Position numbers and translations under genes: made by a program | In this document: one piece after another, positions 50,436 to 59,509 of the stretch | How positions within the stretch are numbered: the stretch's first letter is position 1 | Layout: each line of letters opens with the position of its first letter | DNA from: Burkholderiales bacterium | GTDB taxonomy: Bacteria > Pseudomonadota > Gammaproteobacteria > Burkholderiales > SG8-39 | DNA length: 64,000 nt | Reading direction: 5' to 3' | Assembly: GCA_035762345.1 (NCBI GenBank) | Contig: DASTPE010000082.1 | Location: forward strand, 4,823-68,822 | The notes under the pieces: model-generated | What the model saw: the letters and a program-made list of their open reading frames with translations, nothing else | What the model was told of the DNA's origin: nothing | Database searches by the model: none

Positions 50436-51302
50436 TTATCCCGCGTAGTCTGGAGCAACGCGGATCGCAAATTCACCGATACGTTCGATTCCGGCGCGGA
50501 TCTCGTCGCCGGGCTTAACCGGGCCGACGCCCTCGGGCGTACCGCTGAAGATCAGATCGCCCGGGTAGAGGGTGTAGAAGCTCGTCGCGTACTCGATCAG
50601 TCGGGGAACGTCGTACACCATGCGGCTCGTGTTCGAGCGCTGCCGCGGCTCGCCGTTGACCGTGAGCCACAACTCGAGGTTTCCCGGGTCGGGGACTTCG
50701 TCCCGCGTAACGAGCCATGGCGCGAGCACGCTGTACGTGTCGATCGACTTGCGAAAACTTGGAAGCTCCGGGCCGCGTAGCGTCATGTCGAGGCCGATCG
50801 AGTAGCCGCAGACGTAGTCGAGCGCACTCGCGCGGCCGACGCGGTTCGCCTCGCGGCCGATGACCACAGCGAGCTCGACCTCGTGATCGTTGCGTCGCTC
50901 ACGAAAGCGCAGCTTGATGCCGTCGCCTGCGCCCGCAAGCGAGCTCGGCGACTTCAGAAAGAGCCCCCAGTCCGCAATGGTCTTGATTTCACGGCCGTGG
51001 GCGATGCCCTGGTCGCGTTTCGCCTCGTCGATGTGCGCCTGGTAGTTGATGGGAGCATTGACGATCTTCGAAGGGTTGGCGACCGGTGGCCGCAGCCGGA
51101 CTGCGGAGAGCGGCCGGCGTGCCGCGTCTGCTGCCAGTACCTTCGCCTTCTCCAGCACCGCGGGCAAGTGCGCGATCAGCGCGTCGCCATGGCGGTAGGG
51201 CCACTTCGGTGGCTGTATAGCGGCGAGCGCGTCGCTCACGTCGAGCACCTCGCTACCCTCGACCAGCCCAAGGCGGTCGTTGTCGAAGCGGCAGACCTTC
51301 AT
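50436..51302 (-). CDS. FAH-family hydrolase/hydratase, second paralogue
   Basis: 288 aa. Contains KIVNAPINYQAH, EVELAVVIG and PGDLIFSGTPEGVGPVKPGD. Confidence 0.85.
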   Translation of the reverse strand: MKVCRFDNDRLGLVEGSEVLDVSDALAAIQPPKWPYRHGDALIAHLPAVLEKAKVLAADAARRPLSAVRLRPPVANPSKIVNAPINYQAHIDEAKRDQGIAHGREIKTIADWGLFLKSPSSLAGAGDGIKLRFRERRNDHEVELAVVIGREANRVGRASALDYVCGYSIGLDMTLRGPELPSFRKSIDTYSVLAPWLVTRDEVPDPGNLELWLTVNGEPRQRSNTSRMVYDVPRLIEYATSFYTLYPGDLIFSGTPEGVGPVKPGDEIRAGIERIGEFAIRVAPDYAG

Positions 51303-51468
51303 CGACTGAAAAAGTAGTTCCCCGCTTGACAGGAGAGCGGAAACGCGATGCCAGCGCTTCGCAAGGAAGCGAGCAGCGTGTCGCCCGAATGCACCGGCAC
51401 CGGCTCGGGGTGGCCTTCCAGGGTGATTTGCATGCGCCGCGGGGAGAACTTACGATGGTACCAATCGT

Positions 51469-51900
51469 TTGGAGCCCAAACAAATCCTGCGGCCCGGACT
51501 GCTGCCCGGTCTTCTCGGCTACCGATTGCGCCTCGCCCAGCAGGCGGTGTTCCGCGACTTCGGCGAGACCGTAAGCGATCTGCCGCCCGGCCGCGTGGGG
51601 ATCCTTCTGATCCTCGACGCGAATCCGGGCGTGACCCAGACGCGGCTCGCTCAGGCGGTCGGCCTCGACCGTTCCACGCTCGTCGGCGTGCTCGACCGGC
51701 TGGAAGCCCGCGGCCTCGTGGAGCGCCACCGCGGGGAGGACCGGCGCACGAACGGACTGCTTCTCACGCGAGCCGGCCGCGCGCTGGTCGGGGACGTCAA
51801 GCACCGCATCCGGGCGCACGAACGGCGCGTGGCCGCGCGGCTCACGGCAGACGAGAGAACGCAACTTCTGACGCTTCTGGCGAAAGTTGCAGGCAAGTAA
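51469..51900 (+). CDS. MarR-family transcriptional regulator
   Basis: 143 aa, TTG start. Winged HTH GVTQTRLAQAVGLDRSTLVGVLDRLEARGLVER. Divergent from the aromatic operon. Confidence 0.85.
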   Translation: MEPKQILRPGLLPGLLGYRLRLAQQAVFRDFGETVSDLPPGRVGILLILDANPGVTQTRLAQAVGLDRSTLVGVLDRLEARGLVERHRGEDRRTNGLLLTRAGRALVGDVKHRIRAHERRVAARLTADERTQLLTLLAKVAGK

Positions 51901-51924
51901 GAAGGGCGCCGAAGCGCCCTTCTT
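51899..51924. terminator. Hairpin between convergent marR and amtB
   Basis: AAGAAGGGCGC-cgaa-GCGCCCTTCTT, a perfect 11-bp stem that overlaps the marR stop codon. The flanking U tracts are weak. Confidence 0.5.
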
Positions 51925-51954
51925 ATGTATTGGAGTGACTACTTACATCCAATC

Positions 51955-53424
51955 TTACATCCGGTATGCAGCCTCGCCGTGCGAGGTTGTGTCCAAGCCC
52001 TCGCGTTCCTCGTCTTCAGGTACCCGCAGCCCGATCGTGAGGTCGACCAGCTTGTACGCGATCGCGGCTACGACGCCGGACCAGACCAAGGTCGTGATGA
52101 CCCCTTTGAGCTGAATCCAGAGCTGCGCGCCGATGCCGGGATAGCTCGATTGCATCGTCACCCAATCCGGAATTCCCGGCCCGCCCAAAGTAGGATCGTT
52201 GAATACGCCGGTCAGCAGCGCTCCGAGAATTCCGCCGACGGCGTGCACGCCGAACACGTCGAGTGAATCGTCGGCTCCGAGCATTTTTTTCAACCCGTTC
52301 ACGCCCCACAGGCAGACGAACCCGGCTAGGAAGCCGATGACGAACGCGCCGGGAATGCCGACGTTGCCGGCCGCCGGAGTGATCGCCACTAGGCCGGCAA
52401 CCGCGCCGGAGGCGGCGCCCAGCATCGAGGGCTTGCCTTTGAACAAGGCCTCGCCGAGGCACCAGGCGAGCACCGCGCACGCAGTGGCGAGGAAGGTGTT
52501 CAGGAACGCAAGAGCTGCCACGCTATTCGCCTCCAGGGCGGAACCGGCGTTGAAGCCAAACCAGCCGGTCCAGAGCAGGGCAGCACCGATCATCGTCAGC
52601 GTGAGGTTGTGCGGCGGCATCGCTTCCTTGCCGTAGCCGATCCGCTTGCCGATCAGATAGGCGCCTACTAATCCGGCGATGCCGGAATTGATGTGCACGA
52701 CTGTTCCACCGGCGAAGTCGAGTGCGCCCCACTGCCATATCAAGCCGGCCTTGGCGTTCATCTCGTCGACGACCTTCGCGCTGGTGTAGGCGTCGGGTCC
52801 CATCCAGAACCACACCATGTGGGCGATCGGGGCGTAGCTGAACGTAAACCACAACGTTATGAATACGAGCACGGCGGAGAACTTGGCGCGCTCCGCGATA
52901 GCGCCGAGCACAAGGCAGCAGGTGATGGCAGCGAAGGTCGCCTGGAAGGCGATGAACACGATTTCGGGAATGGGGGTGTTCTTGCTAAACGTTGCCGCCA
53001 TGGCGTAGTCGCCCTTCAGTGCGTCGGGGACCGCGCCTTTGAGGAACAGGCGATCGAAGCCGCCGAAGTATGCATTGCCCTCGGTGAACGCCAGGCTGTA
53101 GCCGTAGATGCACCACAGCACGGTGACCAGCGAGAACACCACGAATACTTGCATCAGCATCGACAGCGCGTTCTTCGAACGCACCATGCCGCCATAGAAC
53201 AGCGCCAGCGCCGGCACGCTCATCATCAGGACCAGCGCGGTCGATACCAGCATCCAGGCAACGTCGCCTTTGTTGGGTGTCGGGGGGGCCGGCTTCGCTT
53301 CCTCCTTCTTCACTTCGGCCGCGGCCGGCTTATCCGGCGTCGCCGCCGGCTTGTCTTGCGCCAGCGTCGCGCCCGCGAAAGTGAGCGAGAGCACCAGCGC
53401 CAGGAATGCGCAGAATTTCTTCAT
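51955..53424 (-). CDS. amtB: Ammonium transporter AmtB
   Basis: Trimmed to the ATG at 53422-53424 with SD GGAGA. Signal peptide, a Pro/Ala/Lys-rich linker, then the Amt core (DFAGGTVVHINSG). Confidence 0.95.
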   Translation of the reverse strand: MKKFCAFLALVLSLTFAGATLAQDKPAATPDKPAAAEVKKEEAKPAPPTPNKGDVAWMLVSTALVLMMSVPALALFYGGMVRSKNALSMLMQVFVVFSLVTVLWCIYGYSLAFTEGNAYFGGFDRLFLKGAVPDALKGDYAMAATFSKNTPIPEIVFIAFQATFAAITCCLVLGAIAERAKFSAVLVFITLWFTFSYAPIAHMVWFWMGPDAYTSAKVVDEMNAKAGLIWQWGALDFAGGTVVHINSGIAGLVGAYLIGKRIGYGKEAMPPHNLTLTMIGAALLWTGWFGFNAGSALEANSVAALAFLNTFLATACAVLAWCLGEALFKGKPSMLGAASGAVAGLVAITPAAGNVGIPGAFVIGFLAGFVCLWGVNGLKKMLGADDSLDVFGVHAVGGILGALLTGVFNDPTLGGPGIPDWVTMQSSYPGIGAQLWIQLKGVITTLVWSGVVAAIAYKLVDLTIGLRVPEDEEREGLDTTSHGEAAYRM

Positions 53425-53434
53425 CTCGTTCTCC

Positions 53435-53788
<354 letters not shown>

Positions 53789-54595
53789 TCAGAACGTCTT
53801 CATCACCGAAAGCACAACGGTGCTTTTGCCGGATTCCTTGTTGCCTTTGCTGCCCCCGGTGTAGTACCACCCGTTGTCGGCGTCTGTATCCACGTATGCG
53901 GCGCCAAGGATCCAGCCGTTCAGGTCGTACGTAACTCCAAGCTTCCAGTCTTTGTAGTCAAGCTCGCTGTACTTCTCGACTTCGAGCATTCCGTAGTGGG
54001 CGACCACGGAGAGCTGCTTGTTGATCGGGAAGGTGGCGCTGAGATCGAGATACCACGTGCCGTCCGACCCCCCCGCCGGAGTGAGGGTCGCCCCTGTGTT
54101 TTTGTTCAACCAGTAAGCGCCGGCCGCCTGCTCGTTGTTGAGGCCGAAATAGTCGGTGAGCGCATAGAAGAATTTGGCCGAGAGCCACTTCCAGCTCGCA
54201 CCTACATAGACTTCCCAGTTGTCGAAGTCCGCCTTGCCGGCGCCGCCGTCGAACTCCGCGTTGTGGTAGTAGTAATAGATCGTGCCGATGTCGAGGCCGA
54301 TGTCGCCGAACGTGGTTTTCCACCCGCCGTAGAAATCCATCTCGATGCCAGAGCCGCCGGTGTACACCTGGCTTGCCACGCTCGAGTTCCAGTTGCCGAT
54401 ATAGATCCCGCTCGGATGCGAGTAATCGATGCCGCCCTGGATCGCCGGCCCGAGATAGGTTTGAGAAATGCCGCGAAAGCGGTAGTCGCTGACGATCGAC
54501 ATGTTCCCGGTTACCGGCGGGGGTGACTCCGCAACGGCAAGCACCGGCGCGGAAAGCGCCGCTGCGGCGGAGAGGGTTAGGATGGACTTGCGCAT
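53789..54595 (-). CDS. TorF-family putative outer-membrane porin
   Basis: Signal peptide ending VLAVA. Beta-barrel-like Tyr/Gly-rich alternation and a C-terminal F. Common partner of glnK-amtB (recalled from memory). Confidence 0.75.
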   Translation of the reverse strand: MRKSILTLSAAAALSAPVLAVAESPPPVTGNMSIVSDYRFRGISQTYLGPAIQGGIDYSHPSGIYIGNWNSSVASQVYTGGSGIEMDFYGGWKTTFGDIGLDIGTIYYYYHNAEFDGGAGKADFDNWEVYVGASWKWLSAKFFYALTDYFGLNNEQAAGAYWLNKNTGATLTPAGGSDGTWYLDLSATFPINKQLSVVAHYGMLEVEKYSELDYKDWKLGVTYDLNGWILGAAYVDTDADNGWYYTGGSKGNKESGKSTVVLSVMKTF

Positions 54596-54640
54596 CGAAG
54601 GGTTCTCCCTTGAATTGGAAATGAGGTGACGCCGCTACGT

Positions 54641-54656
54641 AGCATCTCCTGTGCCA
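54641..54656 (-). promoter_or_regulatory. Sigma-54 (-24/-12) promoter for torF-glnK-amtB
   Basis: The minus strand reads TGGCACAGGAGATGCT against the consensus TGGCAC-N5-TTGCW, with GG and GC correctly spaced. About 45 nt upstream of the porin ATG. Confidence 0.65.
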
Positions 54657-54708
54657 CCCTAGAATTCTTCGCGTGATCAATTGCTTGCTACACGCGGGTT
54701 AAGCTCCC

Positions 54709-54723
54709 GCACCATCTTGGTGC
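54709..54723. promoter_or_regulatory. NtrC-type enhancer palindrome
   Basis: GCACCA-TCT-TGGTGC is a perfect inverted repeat matching the core of TGCACCA-N3-TGGTGCA. About 60 bp upstream of the -24 element. Confidence 0.6.
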
Positions 54724-54782
54724 GGGTCAGGCTATTGGCCTGCTCGCCATTGGTGCGCAGGGCTTGGAGTACCTTTCGGTGG

Positions 54783-55022
54783 GTGATCGACTCCAAACTT
54801 TTCGATGAGCTGCGCAGCCGCATCGACGAGGCACTGCGCAACTCGCCGGCACAGGACATAGAGAAAAACCTTCGCGCGCTTCTTGCGGCGTGGTTCGACC
54901 GACTCGATCTTGTGCTGCGCGAGGATTTCGAGGTGCAGAAGAAGCTGCTCGAGCGTGCGCAGGCGAAGCTCGCGGAGCTCGAAGCGCGCATCGCCGAGCT
55001 CGAGTCACGCAAGTCTCGGTAA
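54783..55022 (+). CDS. ubiK: UbiK/YqiC-family accessory factor
   Basis: The start was set at the in-frame GTG at 54783 (79 aa). Coiled-coil C-terminus LLERAQAKLAELEARIAELE, typical of the family. Confidence 0.7.
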   Translation: MIDSKLFDELRSRIDEALRNSPAQDIEKNLRALLAAWFDRLDLVLREDFEVQKKLLERAQAKLAELEARIAELESRKSR

Positions 55023-55074
55023 ACCGGCGCGGCGCCACCAGCGTTCCTTTCTCCTAGTCAGCGAGAGGAGCGCC

Positions 55075-56574
55075 ATGACGGTCGCTACAGTTGCGAGCCG
55101 CGCGCTTGCCGGTATCGATGCGCCAGAAGTAAGCGTGGAAGTGCATCTCGGCCCTGGGCTGCCCGCGTTCCACGTCGTCGGGCTGCCCGATACGGAGGTG
55201 CGCGAGGCGCGCGACCGGGTGCGCGCGGCGCTCAACCACGCACACTTCGAGTTCCCGGTGCGCCGGATTACCGTCAATCTCGCACCCGCCGAGCTGCCTA
55301 AGGATTCCAGCCGCTTCGACCTGCCGATTGCACTCGGCATTCTCGCCGCGAGCGGTCAGCTTGCCGCGCAGGCGCTCGCCGGCCAGGAGTTCGCGGGCGA
55401 GCTTTCGCTTACCGGCGAGCTGAGGGCGGTAAGGGGTGCGCTCGCCATGGCGCTTGCAGTGCGTGCAGCGGGGCGCGCGTTCGTCCTGCCAGAGGGCAAC
55501 GCTCCGCAGGCTGCGCTCGCCGACGGCGCTCGGATTCTGCCGGCGCGAACCCTACTCGAAGTGGTGGCCCACCTCGCTGGCGAAGCCCCGCTTAAGCCGT
55601 ACATCGGCGAAGCGCATTGTGCCGCCAGTTCGTACGCCGACTTCGGCGAAGTCAAGGGGCAGCAACAGGCGAAACGGGCGCTCGAGGTGGCCGCAGCCGG
55701 CGGCCACAGCGTGCTGATGGTTGGGCCGCCGGGTACCGGGAAGTCGATGCTTGCCGCGCGCTTCCGGGGAATCCTGCCCGAGCTTTCGGAGGCAGAGGCG
55801 CTCGAAGTCGCAGCGATCCACTCGGTATCGGGTAATGGCTTCGAAGCGCTGCGCTGGGGCGAGCGGCCCTACCGCGCGCCGCATCACAGCGCTTCTACGG
55901 CCGCCCTGGTCGGGGGCGGCATCCTGCCGCGACCGGGGGAAATCTCGCTCGCGCACCATGGCGTGCTGTTTCTCGACGAGCTGCCGGAGTTCGACCGTGA
56001 CGTGCTGGAGGCGTTGCGCGAGCCGCTCGAAACAGGCCGCGTGTCGATCGCGCGGGCCGCGCGCCAAGCGCAGTTCCCGGCCCGCTTCCAACTCGTTGCA
56101 GCAATGAACCCCTGCCCCTGCGGGCATTGCGGCGACCGTAGTGGCCGCTGCCGGTGCACGCCAGAGCGTATCGCGCGCTACCGTGGTCGCGTGTCCGGGC
56201 CGCTCGCGGACCGGATCGACATCAAGCTAGAGGTCCCGCCGCCGCGCGAGAGCGAACTGGTCGCGCCGGCGCCGGGGGAGGCGACAAGCTCAATAAGGCA
56301 AAGGGTCGAAGCCGCACGCCGTGCCCAACTCGATCGCCAAGGCAAGCCTAACAGCCTGCTCGGCACGCGGGAGATCGACAACCATTGCGCGACCGACCGC
56401 GAAGGCGATCAGCTGCTGCGTCATGCGCTCGCGCGCCTGCTTCTCTCGGCGCGCGCGTATCACCGCGTGTTGCGCGTCGCACGCAGCATCGCCGATCTTG
56501 CACAAAGGAGTTCGATCGGTGCCGAGCACATCGCCGAGGCGATCCAGTACCGCCGGCTGGACGCGAGCTTCTGA
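55075..56574 (+). CDS. comM: YifB/ComM Mg-chelatase-like AAA+ protein
   Basis: Trimmed to the ATG at 55075 with SD GAGAGGAG. Lon-like N-terminal domain and Walker A GPPGTGKSMLA. 499 aa. Confidence 0.9.
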   Translation: MTVATVASRALAGIDAPEVSVEVHLGPGLPAFHVVGLPDTEVREARDRVRAALNHAHFEFPVRRITVNLAPAELPKDSSRFDLPIALGILAASGQLAAQALAGQEFAGELSLTGELRAVRGALAMALAVRAAGRAFVLPEGNAPQAALADGARILPARTLLEVVAHLAGEAPLKPYIGEAHCAASSYADFGEVKGQQQAKRALEVAAAGGHSVLMVGPPGTGKSMLAARFRGILPELSEAEALEVAAIHSVSGNGFEALRWGERPYRAPHHSASTAALVGGGILPRPGEISLAHHGVLFLDELPEFDRDVLEALREPLETGRVSIARAARQAQFPARFQLVAAMNPCPCGHCGDRSGRCRCTPERIARYRGRVSGPLADRIDIKLEVPPPRESELVAPAPGEATSSIRQRVEAARRAQLDRQGKPNSLLGTREIDNHCATDREGDQLLRHALARLLLSARAYHRVLRVARSIADLAQRSSIGAEHIAEAIQYRRLDASF

Positions 56575-56604
56575 GGCTAGCGCCCCACGCTATAGTCACC
56601 AGGT

Positions 56605-57423
56605 ATGGCGACGTATGCGATTGGCGACGTGCAAGGCTGCTACGACGAGCTGCAACAGCTGCTCGGCAAAGTCTCATTCAACGAGTCTGCCGATCGGCTC
56701 TGGTTCGTCGGCGACCTGGTCAACCGCGGGCCGAAGTCGCTCGACGTATTGCGCTTCGTGAGAACCCTCGAAAATCGCGCGGTGGTCGTGCTCGGCAACC
56801 ACGACCTGCATCTGGTCGCGCAACACGAAGGCGTCGCGCGCGCGCACGCGGGCGACACCTTCGGCGACGTGCTGGCAGCGCCCGACGCGGCCGAGCTCGT
56901 CGCATGGCTGCGGCGGCGCCCGATGATGCACGCGAAGGGCTCCTACGCGATGGTCCATGCCGGCTTGTTGCCACAGTGGAACATCGCGAAGGCGCTTTTG
57001 CTCGGGCAGGAAGTCGAGCGCGTGCTCGCCAGCCCCAACTACGGGGAATTCCTCAAGCACATGTACGGCGGTAAACCCGACCGATGGGACGACGCGCTGA
57101 CAGGCTGGGAGCGGCTGCGAGTCATCGTGAATGCCATGACACGGATGCGCTTCTGCGACCGCGCGGGCCGCATGGACCTGAAGGGCAAGGGCACGCAGCC
57201 ACGGCCTGGCTTCCTGCGCTGGTACGAGACCCGCATGCGGGCGGATACCTATACGCTGCTTTTCGGACACTGGTCGCAGCTCGGGCTTGTCCTCCAAGGC
57301 AAGATCGTCGGCCTCGATAGCGGATGCGTGTGGGGCGGCGCGCTCAGCGCCCTGCGACTCGAAGACCGCACCCTCTATCAGGTAGCATGCCCCGGGTATC
57401 AGGCTCCCGGAGGCGAGGCTTGA
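56605..57423 (+). CDS. apaH: Bis(5'-nucleosyl)-tetraphosphatase, symmetrical
   Basis: Contains YAIGDVQGCYDEL, GDLVNRGP and GNHD, the metallophosphatase motifs of ApaH. Confidence 0.9.
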   Translation: MATYAIGDVQGCYDELQQLLGKVSFNESADRLWFVGDLVNRGPKSLDVLRFVRTLENRAVVVLGNHDLHLVAQHEGVARAHAGDTFGDVLAAPDAAELVAWLRRRPMMHAKGSYAMVHAGLLPQWNIAKALLLGQEVERVLASPNYGEFLKHMYGGKPDRWDDALTGWERLRVIVNAMTRMRFCDRAGRMDLKGKGTQPRPGFLRWYETRMRADTYTLLFGHWSQLGLVLQGKIVGLDSGCVWGGALSALRLEDRTLYQVACPGYQAPGGEA

Positions 57424-57839
57424 GCGATTGCGTGTTCTGCAGGATCGTGGCGCGGCAGATTCCAGCCACGGTAGTGTACGAAGATGAGCACACCCTCGCC
57501 TTCATGGACCTCGGCCAAGTGAATCCGGGTCACGTGCTTGTGACCGTGAAGGCACATGTCGAGAACATTTTTGGGCTGCAGCCCGGTCAAGCGTCAGCGG
57601 TCGCCCACGCAATGCTGCGAGTTTCGCGCGCCATCCGACACGCCTTCGCGCCCCACGGCCTCTCGGTGTACCAAGCGAACGGCAGGGCGGCTGGGCAAAC
57701 GGTGTTCCACTACCACATCCATCTGGTTCCACGCTACGAGGCCGACGGCATGGCGCTCACCTGGCCGGTGAAGAACCCGCCGCGCGATAAGCTCGAGGAG
57801 TACGCGGCGAAAATCAGAGCCTCATTTCCGCCAGGGTGA
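57420..57839 (+). CDS. HIT-family nucleotide hydrolase
   Basis: The TTG at 57420 forms a TTGA overlap with the apaH stop, with SD GGAGG 7 nt upstream. N-terminus CVFCRIV and histidine triad HYHIHLVP. Confidence 0.85.
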   Translation: MSDCVFCRIVARQIPATVVYEDEHTLAFMDLGQVNPGHVLVTVKAHVENIFGLQPGQASAVAHAMLRVSRAIRHAFAPHGLSVYQANGRAAGQTVFHYHIHLVPRYEADGMALTWPVKNPPRDKLEEYAAKIRASFPPG

Positions 57840-58763
57840 ATAGCCGAACGCGCCGCGGAACCGGCGTTCAATCTCGTCGCGCGTCGCGGTGTGGTTCTGA
57901 GCCCCTCGCCGGGCGATCTTGAGCGCACCCATTAGGGCACCGAGCTTGCCGGTGCTGTCCCAATCCCAGCCGCGCGCAATGCCATAGAGCAGGCCTGCGC
58001 GGTAGGCGTCGCCGCAGCCGGTCGGGTCGACGACGGCATCGGCGCTGACGCACGGCACTTCGTGGCGCTTGCCGGCGGCGAAAATCAGCGAGCCATTGGC
58101 GCCGAGTGTGCATACGAGTGCCTTGACCTCTCGCGCCAGGACTTCCAGCTTGCGTCCGGTCTTCTCTTCGAGCAGTTTGCCTTCGTAGTCGTTCACGGCG
58201 ACGTAGTCTGCCATGCGCAGGAACTCGCGGATCTCCTCGCCCGAGAACATGGGCAGGCCTTGGCCGGGGTCGAAGAGGAACGGCACCGACGCCGCGGCGC
58301 ATTCGCGCGCGTGCTGCAGCATCCCTTCCTTGCCGTCGGGGGCGATGATCGCGAGCCGCGCCCTGAGCTCGGGCGACACATGGTTTCTGTGCGAGTGGTT
58401 CATCGCACCAGGGTGGAAAGCGGTGATCTGATTGTCGTCCAGGTCGGTAGTGATAAATGCCTGCGCGGTGAATTGACCCGGCACCCGGGTAAAGAGCCGC
58501 GTCGCAATGCCAAGTTCCCCAAAGCGTTCCAAGTACGGCTGGATGTCTTCCCCGACGGTCGCCATGACGAGCGGCTCTTCGCCAAGGAGCTTCAGGTTGT
58601 AGCCGATGTTCCCCGCCGTGCCGCCGAACTCGCGGCGCATCTCGGGTGTCAGAAAGCAGACGTTCAGGATGTGCAGCTGATCGGCGAGAAGATGATGGCG
58701 GAAGCGATCGGGGAATACCATGATGGTGTCATAGGCGATCGATCCCGTAACGAGGATGCTCAT
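57822..58763 (-). CDS. PfkB-family carbohydrate/nucleoside kinase (adenosine-kinase-like)
   Basis: 313 aa. Contains GGTAGNIGYNL and the C-terminal DPTGCGDAY motif. The 3' end overlaps the HIT 3' end by 18 nt. Confidence 0.8.
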   Translation of the reverse strand: MSILVTGSIAYDTIMVFPDRFRHHLLADQLHILNVCFLTPEMRREFGGTAGNIGYNLKLLGEEPLVMATVGEDIQPYLERFGELGIATRLFTRVPGQFTAQAFITTDLDDNQITAFHPGAMNHSHRNHVSPELRARLAIIAPDGKEGMLQHARECAAASVPFLFDPGQGLPMFSGEEIREFLRMADYVAVNDYEGKLLEEKTGRKLEVLAREVKALVCTLGANGSLIFAAGKRHEVPCVSADAVVDPTGCGDAYRAGLLYGIARGWDWDSTGKLGALMGALKIARRGAQNHTATRDEIERRFRGAFGYSPWRK

Positions 58764-59509
58764 GTGGGATAGAAAAGGTAGAGACGATAGCTGGTGACGG
58801 GGGCGCCGCTGGAGTCGAGGTATACGCGCAGCGCCGCCTCACCGCCCGCCGCGATGCCGCCGCTCACGCGTTCCAGCTCGACATAGTCGCTCGGCAGCAG
58901 CACGCGCCGCAGCACCGGTTGACCGCCTTCATCGGTGAGCGTGAGCTCGAGCGCAGGGTACTGCTGCGGCAAGCGGGAGCGGTTGCGGATCAAGGCATGC
59001 AATACGATGACGTTCTGCCGGCGCGGATCGGCCTGTAAATCCGACGATTCGATACTCAGGACTTCGGCACGCCGCGGCAGAGCTACCTTGCATCCGAGCC
59101 ACTGGCAGGTGGCGAGGAGCGGTGCGCGGGTCGCGGGCATCAACGTCGCGATCTCAGCGCGATAGCGATATCCCACTTGCGCCGCCAGGAGAACGGCCGC
59201 GACCGCTGTCGCTAGCGCCCAGATCCACGCGCGCCGGCGCGCCGGCGCGGCAGGCGCCATGAAATTCGGCAGCCGCTCTTCGTCGTCTGTGCGCGTCGTC
59301 TCCCGGGGCGGGGGCGACGGGGGCAGCAACTCGACCTGCGGCGAAAAATCAGACGACCGCCCCTCCCCGCCCTCCTCTACCAACGCGGTGACGCCGTTGA
59401 AGACGTTATCGCATTTGCCGCAACGAACGCTGCCGAAATGGGTGGCCAGCTGCTCGCGTCGCACCCGGAAAGCAGTGCCGCACGCCGGACAGCGCGTAAT
59501 GAGGCTCAC
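58760..59509 (-). CDS. Zinc-ribbon / DUF3426-like membrane protein
   Basis: The N-terminus TRCPACGTAFRV...VRCGKCDNVF is an MJ0042-type zinc ribbon, followed by a single TM helix and a C-terminal domain. GTGA overlap with the prmA stop. Confidence 0.7.
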   Translation of the reverse strand: MSLITRCPACGTAFRVRREQLATHFGSVRCGKCDNVFNGVTALVEEGGEGRSSDFSPQVELLPPSPPPRETTRTDDEERLPNFMAPAAPARRRAWIWALATAVAAVLLAAQVGYRYRAEIATLMPATRAPLLATCQWLGCKVALPRRAEVLSIESSDLQADPRRQNVIVLHALIRNRSRLPQQYPALELTLTDEGGQPVLRRVLLPSDYVELERVSGGIAAGGEAALRVYLDSSGAPVTSYRLYLFYPT

